Shown here one piece after another: positions 1 through 11,967 of a stretch of DNA of 64,000 bases. The notes under the pieces are model-generated. The model saw nothing but the letters and a program-made list of their open reading frames with translations, searched no databases and was not told where the DNA came from. Position numbers and translations under genes: made by a program. Source of the DNA: Octopus sinensis (lineage: Eukaryota); NCBI RefSeq assembly GCF_006345805.1, contig NC_043014.1, positions 40,300,001 to 40,364,000 of the forward strand, written 5' to 3'. Each line of letters begins with the position of its first letter. The first letter of the stretch is position 1.

Positions 1-250
1 AAATATTAGGGAATAAATCCAAATTTACAGGGAAAAATCAGATTTAGGATTAAATCGATTTTATAGTAAAATATTATAAAATATTATTCGAGACAAAACC
101 ACTATTTTGCAAAACAAACAAGGAAAGACTTAATTAATACATAAAATTTTAATAAATAGTCAAAAAAACCGCCACTACAATCGTTTCTTGTCTTGATCGA
201 CAATCTTCAGGTGGACTTCCAATAATTCAGTGTCAAATTTGTCTCGAATA

Positions 251-260
<10 letters not shown>
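1..260. mobile_element. Truncated copy of the family A foldback terminus with a 23-bp inverted repeat (75-97 / 238-260)
   Basis: Near-identical to the reverse complement of ~12870-13090; tataaaatattattcgagacaaa / tttgtctcgaataatattttata. Confidence 0.7.
172..214 (-). ncRNA. Minimal type I hammerhead ribozyme motif (family A)
   Basis: Minus strand reads CCAC-CUGAAGA-UUGUC(GAUCAA)GACAA-GAAA-C(GAUU)G-UA-GUGG: intact core, 4-bp stem I, 5-bp stem II, quasi-palindromic stem III. Confidence 0.7.
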
Positions 261-311
<51 letters not shown>

Positions 312-999
312 GAGAGAGAGAGAGAGAGATAGATAGATAGATAGATAGAGTGCAAGAAAAACTGTTGAGAAAGAGGGTATTTCAGACAATCACAATGCAG
401 AAGGATGGGTTCTGTTTAGTCACCAGAAACTAATAACTTTTTTTCACATAATACCCTCATTTGAATTATTAGGAGTGGATGGTATTGTCTTACACTTGAA
501 AATTCCAGTTACACTGGATTCTTCAGAATCTAATGTATCAAAAATTTCCAAGTATAATAAATGATACATCAGCTGCAGGATTTGACTTCATTAAAAGGTG
601 TGCATGTGTGTATGATGGGGTTATAATCCTAGAGTTTTAATTGCTCAGTAATTTATCCTCTATAACTACAATTTTTTTCTCTTAGTTCCGTTTAATAATG
701 CACTTCTTGTAATTCGTTATTAATTTTTTTTTAAACTATATAAATGCAGGCATAGTTGTGCGGATAAGAATTTTAATTCGCAACCTCATCGTTTGAGGTT
801 CAGTCCCATCATGTGGTACCTGTGAACTAGTGTAACACCTCTTATTTTTCGAGCACCTTCTGGAGTATTTGAGCAGTTCATCGATTAGAAGGAATTCTTT
901 CTTAGTGATCTACTTGGTTTTTGTCTATTTAGGCTTTTATCCAATTAGTCCTTAATGCTTAATCTTGTGCAGCTACTAACAAACTCTCTGTCTCCCACT

Positions 1000-2400
1000 T
1001 CAGCTTTCCTTACTGCAACCACTACTACAGTTTGCTGCAACTGTATTTGGGAATATACCATATAACACCTTCTGCCAGTCAGATAATTTCTGTTCCTTTT
1101 TTCTGGTTTTTAAGTTCATTTGGGTTTTTGGCTTCCCTGTGTCTTGATGTGACTCTAGCAGCTTTTAATAAACTTTCTCCACTATTACCTACAGAGAAGT
1201 CTATATCTTGCTCAAGCTAACTACATGCAGTCATCCACTGGTATTAACCCTCTTCTGCCTTCCTTTCTAGGTAGGTATAATCTTGCTCCCATTCCCTTGG
1301 GTGGAGTCCTCTATTCATATTGAATCCCTTCCTAGTTCTTCTATCTAACTTTGCTAATTCAGTTTTTGTCCAGTCTACAAAAATTACTGTGTATCTAAGT
1401 AATGATACTGCCCAAGTATTTACAGCTTTCACTAGATTCGATCCATCTAGCTTTGGCTTCATTAGCTTCCTCACCCTTCTGATGTACTCCTTCTCAATTT
1501 TCGTTTTCATTTCTGTAGTTAGTACCTTGTCAGATTCTAATACTCCTATCATCATCATCATTCAATGTCCGTTCTCCATGCTAGCATGGGTTGGACGGTT
1601 CGACCGGGGATCTGGGAAGCCAGAAAGCTGCACCAAGCTCCAGTCTGATCTGGCAGTGTTTCTACAGCTGGATGCCCTTCCTCATACCAACCACTCCGTG
1701 AGCGTAGTGGGTGCTTTTTACGTGCCACCTACACAGGTGCCAGGCGAGGCTGGCAACGGCCACGATTGGATTGGTGCATTTTACGTGCCACCGGCACGGA
1801 AGCCAGGCAAGGCGGCACGGCACTGGCATCGGCCACGATTCGAATGGTGCTTTTTACGTGCCACCGGCAGGGAAGCCAGTCAAGGCGGTGCTGGCATCGG
1901 CCACGATTCGGATAGTGCTTTTTACGTGCCACTGGCACGGAAGCCAGTCTAGGCGGCACTGGCATCGGCCATGTTCAGATGGTGCTTTTTACGTGCCACC
2001 GGCCACAGGGATCACAACTGCAGTTTCCATTGATTTTGATGTTGGTGTACTTGACTCAATGGATCTCCTCTCCTAGGTACTTATAACTCTCTCCTCCTTT
2101 CAATGATTTTAATGCCTGGCCATCAGGTAATTGGATGCCTTTGCTGTTGACTACCTGTCCCCTAATATTGCACATTTTTTAATGCTAAATTCCATGCTTA
2201 TATCTTTGCTGAAGAGTCTTACAGTCTGTATTAAGGAATCTATCTATTTTTCATTCTTACTATCAATGACTTTTGGGACACCCTGTATAATAGCTCATGT
2301 ATTCCTCTAGTCTTCTCCCTGCAACCTTTCTGTTCTTCTGGCAGTAAATTTTGATTGTCAAGGTACTTGTAAATGTTTTCTGAAAGCTTTCCTGAAAGCA
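1000..2400 (-). mobile_element. Decayed LINE reverse-transcriptase fragments, R4/Dong-like, interrupted by an RTE 3' UTR copy
   Basis: Peptides YLDNQNLLPEEQKGCR and KLDGSNLVKAVNTWAVSLLRY...LDRRTRK; multiple stops. Confidence 0.55.
1549..2075 (-). mobile_element. RTE LINE 3' UTR copy with internal ~62-bp tandem repeats
   Basis: (CAT)n tail, palindrome CCATGCTAGCATGG, repeated gtgccac/ggcac units; same sequence family as the 3' UTR of the RTE at 29841-30835. Confidence 0.7.
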
Positions 2401-2405
2401 TTATT

Positions 2406-2440
<35 letters not shown>

Positions 2441-2470
2441 TGTTGTTGTTGCTGCTGCCATCGTCATTTT

Positions 2471-2509
<39 letters not shown>

Positions 2510-3006
2510 GAGTGAGAGAGCAGTTCATGCCATCAAAGTGACACTGGGGTAAAATATACGAAGCCCAATATACCCATCATGACTACCCGTCTGATAAAGG
2601 TACACCAGGCACATGCATCACAACCATATGTGCGCGACATGGTGATCTCATATCAAGATAAACAGCACATGACCTTGCAGGTGGGGCCCAGTTAGAATTT
2701 TCTTCAGGTTGAGTAGCCCATCCTGCTCAAACGGTCCCTGAATAAGGGTTGCTTTAGGATGTTGAACGAAACACCTATGTTTCCAGAGGTGAACCATTCA
2801 AACTCCAAAGAATCCCTCTCAACACATGGCCATGATGCTCCCCCACTACTTCTGCTCGTGATCAGAGATGCACATATCGTCAGCCACTAAGGGACATGCT
2901 CAACTGGTTAAGGTCAAACAACTGACAAGCAAATCTGTGGTATTGAGCAGAATATTTGCTGTAGCCCATCTTTTATACCAAGACAAAACAATGTACATGA
3001 TAACAC

Positions 3007-3008
<2 letters not shown>
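2510..3008 (-). mobile_element. ~500-bp non-coding retroposon fragment between (TTA)n tracts
   Basis: GC-richer block flanked by (TTA)n; (TAA)n tail on the minus strand; family not assigned. Confidence 0.4.
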
Positions 3009-3068
<60 letters not shown>

Positions 3069-3072
3069 ATCA

Positions 3073-3133
<61 letters not shown>

Positions 3134-3317
3134 ATGTTTGACTTTTGCTTTACATTTGTACAAGATGGCTCCAAGTCTCACCCAGAGACCTCAAGAGACA
3201 ACAGGTTGGAAGCTCATGTTGTTGTTATGCCTAGTGTGCCATATATTTGGTTTTGTATTTAGTGTTGTACTAGTGAATGCTTTAAAAAACATACAAAAAT
3301 TATGTTTGTTTTAAAAC

Positions 3318-3367
<50 letters not shown>

Positions 3368-3387
3368 TCTCACATTCATAATTTCAG

Positions 3388-3616
3388 ATGTCTGTTGCTG
3401 ATTTCATGGAAAAGAGATTTGAAAGCCACAACAGTTCTCAATTGGCTTTGCAAATGTTGCAGAAATTTGAACAACTAAAACTCCCTAATTTAGGTATCCA
3501 AGAGAAATATCAGCAAATATTACTACACTATGTAAAAGATATTGAAATGGTTTCACGGCTTTATCAAAAGTACAAAAATAATCCACCAGTTACCAGAGAT
3601 TATCCTCTATTTGCAG
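3388..3616 (+). CDS. DNAH5: Axonemal dynein heavy chain (DNAH5/DNAH8-like), internal exon 1 of 16 in window; N-terminal tail region
   Basis: tttcag acceptor, GCAG|gtgat donor, ends phase 1. Peptide ...LQMLQKFEQLKLPNLGIQEKYQQILLHY...PPVTRDYPLFA resembles DNAH5 [26 protein letters not shown]...PPLARNQPPIAG as recalled. DNAH5 vs DNAH8 not resolved. Confidence 0.9.
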
Positions 3617-3969
3617 GTGATATTATTTATAATATTGTTTTTTTAGTTTTTTTATTTTATTTATTTAAAAAAAAAAATTTCCTAATTGAATATTTAATAT
3701 CTGCAATTCACGTGATAGTTCACTTTAAAAAACATACTGATGATAACTCAGTGCTTTTGGTCTTGAGAAAAGTAAATTTTGTGGGAATTATTGATTTCTA
3801 AAACCTCCTATGGCATTCTATAAAATCAGATCTAGAATTTAGTCAGGAAATTTGAAGGTGACATGGTGCTGCTTGTCTCATTAGAAAATGTTCTCCAGCA
3901 TGCATCGAATTGGTTCAATGATGAGTGCTGCAATTTGAGAAGCCTTATTTTTTTTTTAATACGCTTTCC

Positions 3970-4386
3970 CTCTTTTATTCTTTTACTTGTTTCAGTCATT
4001 TGATTGCGGCCATGCTGGAGCACCGCCTTTAGTCGAGCAAATCGACCCCGGGACTTATTCTTTGTTAGCCCAGTACTTATTCTATCGGTCTCTTTTGCCG
4101 AACCGCTAAGTGACGGGGACATAAACACACCAGCATCGGTTGTCAAGCAATGCTAGGGGGACAAACACAGGCACACAAACATATACACACACATACATAT
4201 ACATATATATATACATATATACGACAAGCTTGTTTCAGTTTCCGTCTACCAAATCCACTCACAAAGCATTGGTCAGCCCGGGGCTATAGCAGAAGACACT
4301 TGCCCAAGATGCCAAGCAGTGGGACTGAACCCGGAACCATGTGGTTGGTAAGCAAGCTACTTATCACATAGTCACTCCTGCGCCTA
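3970..4386 (-). mobile_element. tRNA-derived SINE family 1 (~410 bp, internal TA/TG microsatellite, GAGTAAAA tail)
   Basis: A-box (tggctgtgtggt)- and B-box (gggttcagtccc)-like head. Further copies at about 10908-11340(-), 15298-15712(-), 16895-17293(-), 23606-24037(-), 29067-29481(+), 47427-47831(-), 49815-50455(+), 53043-53457(-), 58733-59020(+), 60499-60860(+). Confidence 0.85.
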
Positions 4387-5090
4387 TATGCAACTCTGCT
4401 TTTTAAACCTTTCAAAATTTGCCCCTAAGGAACAAAAATTTCACAGAGTTAATTAGCCCCAAAGAATGTGAATTGGTTTCATAGCAAAATGAAATCAAAA
4501 TGGTACTGAAATTTCTTTGTTCAGAACAAAATTTGATAACAACTTAAGAGTTCCTAATTGACATCTATCAGCCAGGACTTGCTGACTGATAGAGATTGAA
4601 ACAGAATGTCCTGTAGAGCTCCTACAAAACGTTTTTCCCTTAGGGACAGCAAGAATTATTAGGAAGGTTCTAAGTGCTTGAAAGACTACTGAAAACTTTG
4701 TGGATGCTTAAGATTACAGGTAGTAACCTGCCACCCACATAAATCCTACCGCCGTTCAAGAATTTTGACCTGGAGATCTCCATTTCCAGCAACTTCGAGG
4801 GCCACCTCCCAGTGGTGTTGGGCGTCAATGAAAAGCCCTTGACTACAACAAGACAACCAAAGTTTTTTTTTCTGTTTTTTCTTTCCAAGGTCTGGGGTCT
4901 CCCGCCCCTAAGCCCTAGACCATCACCTAATCACCCTTACCCGTCTTGTTGCTTAACAACAACAACAACAACAATAAATCCTATCAGGAATAAGACCGAT
5001 CCTGAGTCAAGCCAAAAATGATGATGATGATGATGATGATGATAGTAAATTGATAATTCATGAATTATTCACTAACAATTTGTCTTCCAG

Positions 5091-5269
5091 GAAAAATGTC
5101 TTGGGCTAGGCAGCTTTTCTCTCATCTACAAGAGCCCATGGAAGATTTCAAGCAACATAGTGCTATTTTGCAATGTGAAGAGTCTAAAGCTATTATTGTG
5201 AAATACAACAGAATGGCCAAAGTTTTACTTGAATTTGAAATTCTTTACTATAGAGAATGGCTACATCAG
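5091..5269 (+). CDS. DNAH5: Dynein heavy chain exon 2
   Basis: ttccag acceptor with ACTAAC branch point, CAG|gtaaat donor; phase 1 to 0. GKMSWARQLF...YNRMAKVLLEFEILYYREWLHQ matches DNAH5 GKILWARQLF...YNRMAKVLLEFE. Confidence 0.95.
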
Positions 5270-6079
5270 GTAAATAATTTCTTCCTTTCATTCAATTAGT
5301 TTTATCTGATTTGATTAGAAAAAAAAATGCTCTAATTCTCTAAACTTTGCTGCCTTGTCTAACTTTTAGCAGCTTTTAGTGTAGATCTTTGAGATTATGG
5401 AGATAATCATATGAACATCTCTATTACATTAAAAATGAACTTCAAAGTTGCTTGCTTGCTTGCAATGTTACACAGCCAAACTGGCACATAATAGGAAAAT
5501 ACTAGGAATTAAGGTCTTCCTGAATTGTAAATACAGACAGAATAAAACAAGTTTCATGTAAATTGGACCAGTGGTTCTTGAGATATTGGGGGTTTGGGTG
5601 GGGGGATATAAATACCCAAAACAGTGCATAATGGGAAAATACCCCGAAAATAGCTTAACCCTGAAAGAGAAGAAACTCTAACCTTTCGATTGGAAACATT
5701 AGTGAATTTAACTTGCCAATGAAAAAAATATGAGCTGTTTTTTACAGTAAATGATTTTATTTTCACTTTTGATAAACACAATATTTTAATCATTTAGAAA
5801 TATTTTTAACTGAATGTGATTTCAAAAATGTAAGTTGTTTGTACAGTAAGTGTTTATATTTTAGTTTTCTTTAAATAGACAATATTTTAATCTTTTTAAA
5901 ACTTATTTTCAAGTGAATGCCATTACAAAACTTTTTTTAGCATATTAAAAAAATATTTTAAAGTGAAAATGACTTTAAAAATACGATAAATATTTTGTAA
6001 AAAACCCATGCTTAACCTCAGTGTGAAATAATTTTTTTCCATAGGTTTATTTCGAGTGCATTTGATGTATCTCACCTCC

Positions 6080-6951
6080 AAAGATTTGGCTGCTATTTCT
6101 AGCACACCCTGTTACTATATAACAGCTATTTGTGATAAAGAACCCAAAATAGCTGTTATGTTGTAGCAGGGCGTGCAAGAAATAGCAACCAAATCTTTCC
6201 TTTACTGGGGAAAGGAGCCATTTACATGCATATACTTCATAAGAAGCTGGAATCATTTGTATAATTTCCTACAGTGAATCAGTTATGTATGGACTTCTAT
6301 ACTGAATAGAGAATGGAACACTGGAATTAGTAACTAATTTTGTATGTTACCATTCTAAGCTTAAATGTGTCAGTAACAATTATAAGTCATCTTCCTTGTG
6401 TTCTTTTAATTTACTAAATTATACAAACTTCCCTTCACACAACTGTGTCTGTTTCTAAGCTAAATAATTGATTTATAATTTGGATTACTACAATTAGATG
6501 TTTTTTAATACCCTTCTGTTTATATCTGTCTCTCCATGTCATTATCATTTGTCTCTATATATCTCTTATTGGTCATTATTACAGCAAATGAAACAAAGTA
6601 TCAGTCTAGTACCGGATTTGATGGCATTGAATATCCCTCTATTAAAAAAATTTGCTGACTTTGTACCTAGATTAGAGACCACATTATCACTACAGTTAAA
6701 TTAACATCGCAGTTATTAAATTAAATACCAAAGATTTAGCTGCTATTTCTAGCACGCCTTGCTACCACATAACAGCTATTTGCGATAAAGAACCCAAAAT
6801 AGCTGTTATGTGGTAGCAGGGCATGCAAGAAATAGCAACCAAATCTTTCCTTTACTGGGGAAAGGAGCCATTTACATGCATATACTTCATAAGAAGCTGG
6901 AATCATTTGTATAATTTTCTGCAGTGAATCATTTATGTATGGATTTCTATA
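6080..6951. repeat. ~220-bp direct repeat (6080-6301 and 6730-6951), each copy containing a ~52-bp-arm hairpin
   Basis: Two roughly 90% identical copies 650 bp apart. Confidence 0.85.
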
Positions 6952-6997
6952 TTTCCTTTTCTCTTAATCAACTGTCTTTTTATCCTTTCTTTTTCAG

Positions 6998-7204
6998 GTG
7001 GAATCTGTAAAGGAGAAGCTCCAGTCTCCTTTGTTGGTACGCCATCCTAAAACTAAGGAATTATTTGTAAATTTTGATTCCAACATTATGATGATGATCA
7101 GGGAAACAGAATGTATGGCTCGCCTTGGATACATAATTCCACCTTTTGCTTGTATTCTGCGATCCAGGCAAGAAGAATATAAGAGAATATGTAACGGTTT
7201 AGAA
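6998..7204 (+). CDS. DNAH5: Dynein heavy chain exon 3
   Basis: ttttcag|GTG ... GAA|gtatgc, 69 codons; LLVRHPKTKELFVNFD...RETECMARLG. Confidence 0.95.
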
Positions 7205-7699
7205 GTATGCTTATCATTGATATTCTTAATCAGACACTTTCGTTTTAATAACGGGGGCAGTTGACCATATTAATAGGGACATAGTAAAGGGTGGTCATCA
7301 CTGAAATTTATTTTAGCTCTCACCCAGTGTATTGCCCGTGATCTTCACAGGCTTTTCTAGAATTGTATGATTGATGCAGCTGAAGAATTCAGTTTCAGCT
7401 TTGGTTGGTGGATTTCTGTAGGAATAAAAAAAAAAAAGGGTGAAAGGAAAAGGGATTTCCAGAGGGCTGTTGTTGTGGGGAGGAATGATTATGAAATGAG
7501 TTGGTTGTTCATCACTATACAAACTCATTCATCCAAGCAGTGGGAGCACCATCAAAATCCCTTATATCTGATAGTTTTCCAATTATAAAAAAGAAGAAAC
7601 TTCACTACATATCTGGGAATTGAACTCAGAACCTACAATCATGAGTCAAACAGTTTACCCACTAGGCCATATACCTTTATGTGTTGTTGGCATCCTTTT

Positions 7700-8165
7700 T
7701 GTCTCGGGAGACAATGGAGTTGCACATAAAGTAGTCTAGTCCGGGTTTTATATTTCATGTCCTGATACATTTCCTGCTGTGGCTGTGTAGTCCTATCCTG
7801 GACAAACACTCCCTCTGGCAGGTACCGCAAATGTAACGAAGACTGTTCCTGGCTGGTTGTAATGCTATAGTTTCTTGTTGACGTCTTTTCCTGTCTTTCC
7901 ATTTCTTCTCTCTCTCTTTGTCACTCCTTTGTTTTCCCTCTCTTACGGTACGTCGCCAGTCTCCACGGTTGCCGGCAACTGCCTCCCAACCGCTAATATT
8001 GATGTTGCAGGCCTTCATGTCCCTTTTGCAAACATCCTTGTAACGTAAGAGCGGTCTACCCACAGACCTAGTACCCCTAGCAAGCTCTCCGTAGAGTATG
8101 TCCTTGGGGATTCTGCCATCTTTCATACGGCTAACATGCCCAAGCCATCTCATACGTCTTTATGT
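7700..8165 (-). mobile_element. 5'-truncated RTE LINE (ORF C-terminus with zinc finger)
   Basis: RWLGHVSRMKDGRIPKDILYGEL..G.R..GRP.LRYKD and C..C....SRIGLHSH motifs typical of RTE-clade ends. Confidence 0.85.
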
Positions 8166-8508
8166 GTACAGCATAAATTTTGGGTTCAGTTACATTTCTC
8201 CTTTTGGTCGGTGTTCTTATCTGTGGCAGTCCAATTTTTATTATAGAATATTGTTCTAAGGATGTGGATTGAAGTGAAAACATTTTAATAATAGTGAGTT
8301 TGTTGAAAGATGTTCAGCAGTTACACAGAACAGATCAAGCAAGTATACAAAATGGCCCTTCTGAGGTTTAAATAGTATCACTACCAGACTAACAACCATC
8401 ACCATTGTCAAGTGAACCTTTATGTGATGATTCAACCTGCTAACATAGCAGCTAAATCTACTTCAAACAACACACCCTACCATCTTAGGGGACACATTAG
8501 ATAATATA

Positions 8509-9298
8509 TTGGGTTGTCTGGAAAGTTCGTGCTGATTTTTAAAGGAAAGAAAAAGGTCAATAAATACTTGCCATTACATTTTTAATCAACCAAATATGAA
8601 CCATTGTGTTGCACAATGCATCTCCATCTTTCCTTTAACTTGAAAGTACCCTCTTCCCTGAATTGAGGTGGTTTCATGGCAAAGAATTCATCAAAGTATC
8701 TTTTTACAACATCCAAGGAATTGAAATTTTTACCATTAACCCTTTCGTTACTGTATTTATTTTGAGATGCTCTGTGTTTCTTTTAATTATTTTAAATATA
8801 ACAAAGAATTTAGTAAAATAACTTAGTTATCATTAAGCTAGTATTAGGAACCTAAATTTTGACTAAGGTTTGGTGGAAGATTTTAATTCAAAACTTATGA
8901 AAACATGACATTTGTACTACAGAGCCAGAGCCGGTTTCAGCCGGGTTGGTAACGAAAAGTTAAGACTATTCTGCAGAGACCTGAATAAGTGAAAATCTGA
9001 AGGAGCAATATCTGGTGAATATGGAGGATGGGGTAACACATCCCAGCCGAGCTGCAGCAATTTTTGTCTGGTTCCCAAAGCATCAAGTACTGAAAATGAA
9101 CTTTCTTATCTTCCATTTTAAAGGGTTACAGAATTAACACAGGTTATAGGAACATAAACCTTCTTCCACGAAAAGATAGCTTAAACTGTGCTCTAAATGG
9201 AGGTGTAGTCAAATTCTATTTTATGAACTCAACCATGTTCTAAAATAAGTCGAAAGGTAAGCTACTATAAATCAGCACAAACTTTCTGGACAACCCAA
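8509..9298 (-). mobile_element. Internally deleted mariner (Tc1/mariner) element
   Basis: TA flanks; TIRs ttgggttgtctggaaagttcgtgctgattt / aaatcagcacaaactttctggacaacccaa. Minus strand encodes [26 protein letters not shown] and LKERWRCIVQHNGSY. Confidence 0.85.
8736..8963. mobile_element. piggyBac-like MITE (TTAA ends) nested in the mariner remnant
   Basis: TTAAccctttcgttac ... gtaacgaaaagTTAA. Related copies at 53575-53800 (opposite orientation), ~20743-20840 (partial) and ~45606-46700 (SINE-interrupted). Confidence 0.7.
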
Positions 9299-9481
9299 TA
9301 GTTTGAGGTATGCAATGCCTGAAAAATAACTGGATTGTCATGGTAGGAATGCCTTTGATCATAGGGCTTCCTATTCAAAGCAAATAATGTTCTAAAAACA
9401 AAAACAAATGAACGAAAGCAGAGAAATTCTTATTTTGTCTGGTAGTCATTCAAAGTTTCTTTTATTTTAAATAATCACAAA

Positions 9482-10023
9482 CATTCAATGGAAATTGTAG
9501 CTGAGATACCAGTGCCAGTAGCACGTAAGAGAACCGTCCGAACGTGGCCGTTGCCAGCGCCGCCCCAACTGATCTCCGTGCCGGTGGCACGAAAAAGCAC
9601 CATCCGATTGTGGCCGTTGCCAGCCTCGTCTGGCCCCCGTGCCGGTGGCACATAAAAAGCACCATCCAATCGTGGCCATTTGCCAGCCTTATCTGGCACC
9701 TGTGCAGGTGGCACATAAAAAGCACCATCTGATCGTGGCCGTTTGCCAGCCTTGTCTGGCACCTGTGCCAGTGGCACGTAAAAAGCACCATCCGATCGTG
9801 GCCGTTTGCCAGCCTTGTCTGGCACCTGTGCAGGTGGCATATAAAAAGCACCCACTACACTCTCGGAGTGGTTGGCGTTAGGAAGGGCATCCAGCTGTAG
9901 AAACACTGCCAGATCAGACTGGGCCTGGCGCAGCCTCCTGGCTTCCCAGACCCCAGTTGAACCGTCCAACCCATGCTAGCATGGAAAACGGACGTTAAAT
10001 GATGATGATGATGATGATGATGA
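9482..10023 (+). mobile_element. RTE LINE 3' UTR copy with about five 62-63-bp tandem units and (GAT)n tail
   Basis: Repeated aaaagcac...ggtggcac units; terminal palindrome ccatgctagcatgg. Other copies at about 18745-19400(-), 25870-26066(+), 33435-33913(-), 34229-34731(+, two), 42945-43412(+), 44420-44666(+), 59255-59880(+). Confidence 0.75.
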
Positions 10024-10099
10024 TTGAAGAGAGTTGAGACTTAATCCTAAGAATGTGCATATTTTTCTTCCATTAACTATCAACTTTCCTGATTTACAG

Positions 10100-10417
10100 C
10101 TCATGCTAAAGGAGAACAACAACATCCGAAGCAAATTTCCAAGTGTTCTTGAACCTTTAATGCAAGCACATTTAGCAAGAGTCGACAAAGCTATAGAACC
10201 AGGATTGACAACACTCACATGGACAGCCATCGGTATAAACGAATACTTAGAAAACGTTGAGCATGCTTTGAAGTTGTTTACGTTGCTTTTGGACAGAGTA
10301 ACTGATATCTGTGAGTTTAGAATCGAAGCTAATTTACTTGATATAAGTCAAGTCAAGCTTTGTGAACTGCCAGAAGTTGAACCATGGTCTGTGAAATATT
10401 TCATGGAAAAAACACAG
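10100..10417 (+). CDS. DNAH5: Dynein heavy chain exon 4
   Basis: tttacag|CTC ... CAG|gtatgc, 106 codons; HLARVDKAIEPGLTTLTWT...LLLDRVTDICEFRIEA. Confidence 0.95.
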
Positions 10418-10694
10418 GTATGCTTTGGTTTTCCTTCCATTTGTCCCTTTTCCTTTCATGTAGCACACATGTATGCACGCATGCACACAAATACACACAC
10501 ACACAAACACATGTGCACATGTAGGCGCACACACACAATGGCTTCTTTGCAGATTCCTTCTACCGAATTTACTCTCAAGGCATTTGTTAGCCCTGGGCTA
10601 TAGTAAAAGACACTTGCCTAAGGAGCCATGCCAAGGGACTGAACCTGAAACCACATGGTCACAAAGCAAGCTTCTTAATCACACAAACACACAT

Positions 10695-10737
<43 letters not shown>

Positions 10738-11122
10738 GGGCTTCTTTGCAGATTCTTTCTACCAAATTTACTCACAAGGCATTGGTCAGCCCTGGGCTAT
10801 AGTAGAAGACACTTGCCCAAGGTGCCACGCAATAGGACAGAACCTGAAACCACGTGGTTACTAAGCAAGCTTCTTAATCACACACTCATATCTGCACCTT
10901 TATGTTTATTCTTTTACTTGTTTCAGTCATTTGACTGTGGCCATGCTGGAGCACCTCCTTTACTCGAGCAAATCGACCCCAGGACTTATTCTTTGTAAGC
11001 CTAGTACTTATTCTATCGGTCTCTTTTGCTGAACCACTAAGTTACAGGGACATAAACACACCAGCATCGGTTGTCAAGCGATGTTGTGGGAGACAAACAC
11101 AGACACACAAATATATACACAC

Positions 11123-11175
<53 letters not shown>

Positions 11176-11407
11176 TACAACAGGCTTCTTTCAGTTTCCA
11201 TCTACCAAATCCACTCACAAGGCTTTGGTCGGCCCGAGGCTATAGTAGAAAACACTTGCCCAAGGTGCCACGCAGTGGGACTGAACCCGGAACCATGTGG
11301 TTGGTAAGCAAGCTACTTACCACACAGCCACTCCTACACCTACTTTATAAAGAAAATATTACTTTACACAATGATGTAGCATTTTATTCTTTATCTTTTA
11401 ATTGCAG

Positions 11408-11543
11408 TTTTTATGTGCACAAGGGGCCCAAAATTTGAGCCACAAAAGCCAGAACCTTGAAAATGCTGTCAATGAGTTGATTACCGTTTTATGTGATAAA
11501 CCCCAGGAGGATGAATATGGGGAAGAAAGCACCAACACTGAAA
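11408..11543 (+). CDS. DNAH5: Dynein heavy chain exon 5
   Basis: ttgcag|TTT ... GAA A|gtatga, phase 0 to 1; LCAQGAQNLSHKSQNLENAVNELI resembles [24 protein letters not shown]. Confidence 0.85.
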
Positions 11544-11839
11544 GTATGACACTGCTGTCCCTACTGATTCATATGAATATTGAATAAGTTGCAATCAACT
11601 TTAACGAGTTTAGATGTAGTTTCATTTGATTACTTAGTCTTAGGTTGGTCATGAATCCTAAAACTCATAAAGCCGAAGTTTGTCCTGGTTTCTATGGTGT
11701 ATAAGTGACAGAGATTACAAACCCTTCTAAGTAGGACACCCGTCCATTGTAAGGTTACTTTCCCTAATATTGGTTTCAAATTTTGGTACAAGGCCATCAA
11801 TTTCAGGGAGAGGATAAGGTGATTAGATCAACCCCAGTG

Positions 11840-11879
<40 letters not shown>

Positions 11880-11967
11880 TATTTGAGACAAAACCACTAT
11901 TTTGCAAAACAAACAAGGAAAGACTTAATCAATACATAAAATTTAATAAATAGTCAAAAAAAAACCG

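Noticed and set aside
3388-3390. ATG at the start of the first exon as the gene start codon
   Set aside because: It follows a strong acceptor and the peptide corresponds to an internal part of the dynein tail; upstream exons lie outside the window.
3734-3785. CTGATGA...GAAA hammerhead-like match in intron 1
   Set aside because: Stem II cannot close next to the core and stem III is only two A-U pairs; consistent with chance.
9540-9850. Regularly spaced ~62-bp repeats resembling a CRISPR array
   Set aside because: Whole units are repeated with no unique spacers, the context is eukaryotic, no cas genes are present, and the array belongs to an RTE 3' UTR.
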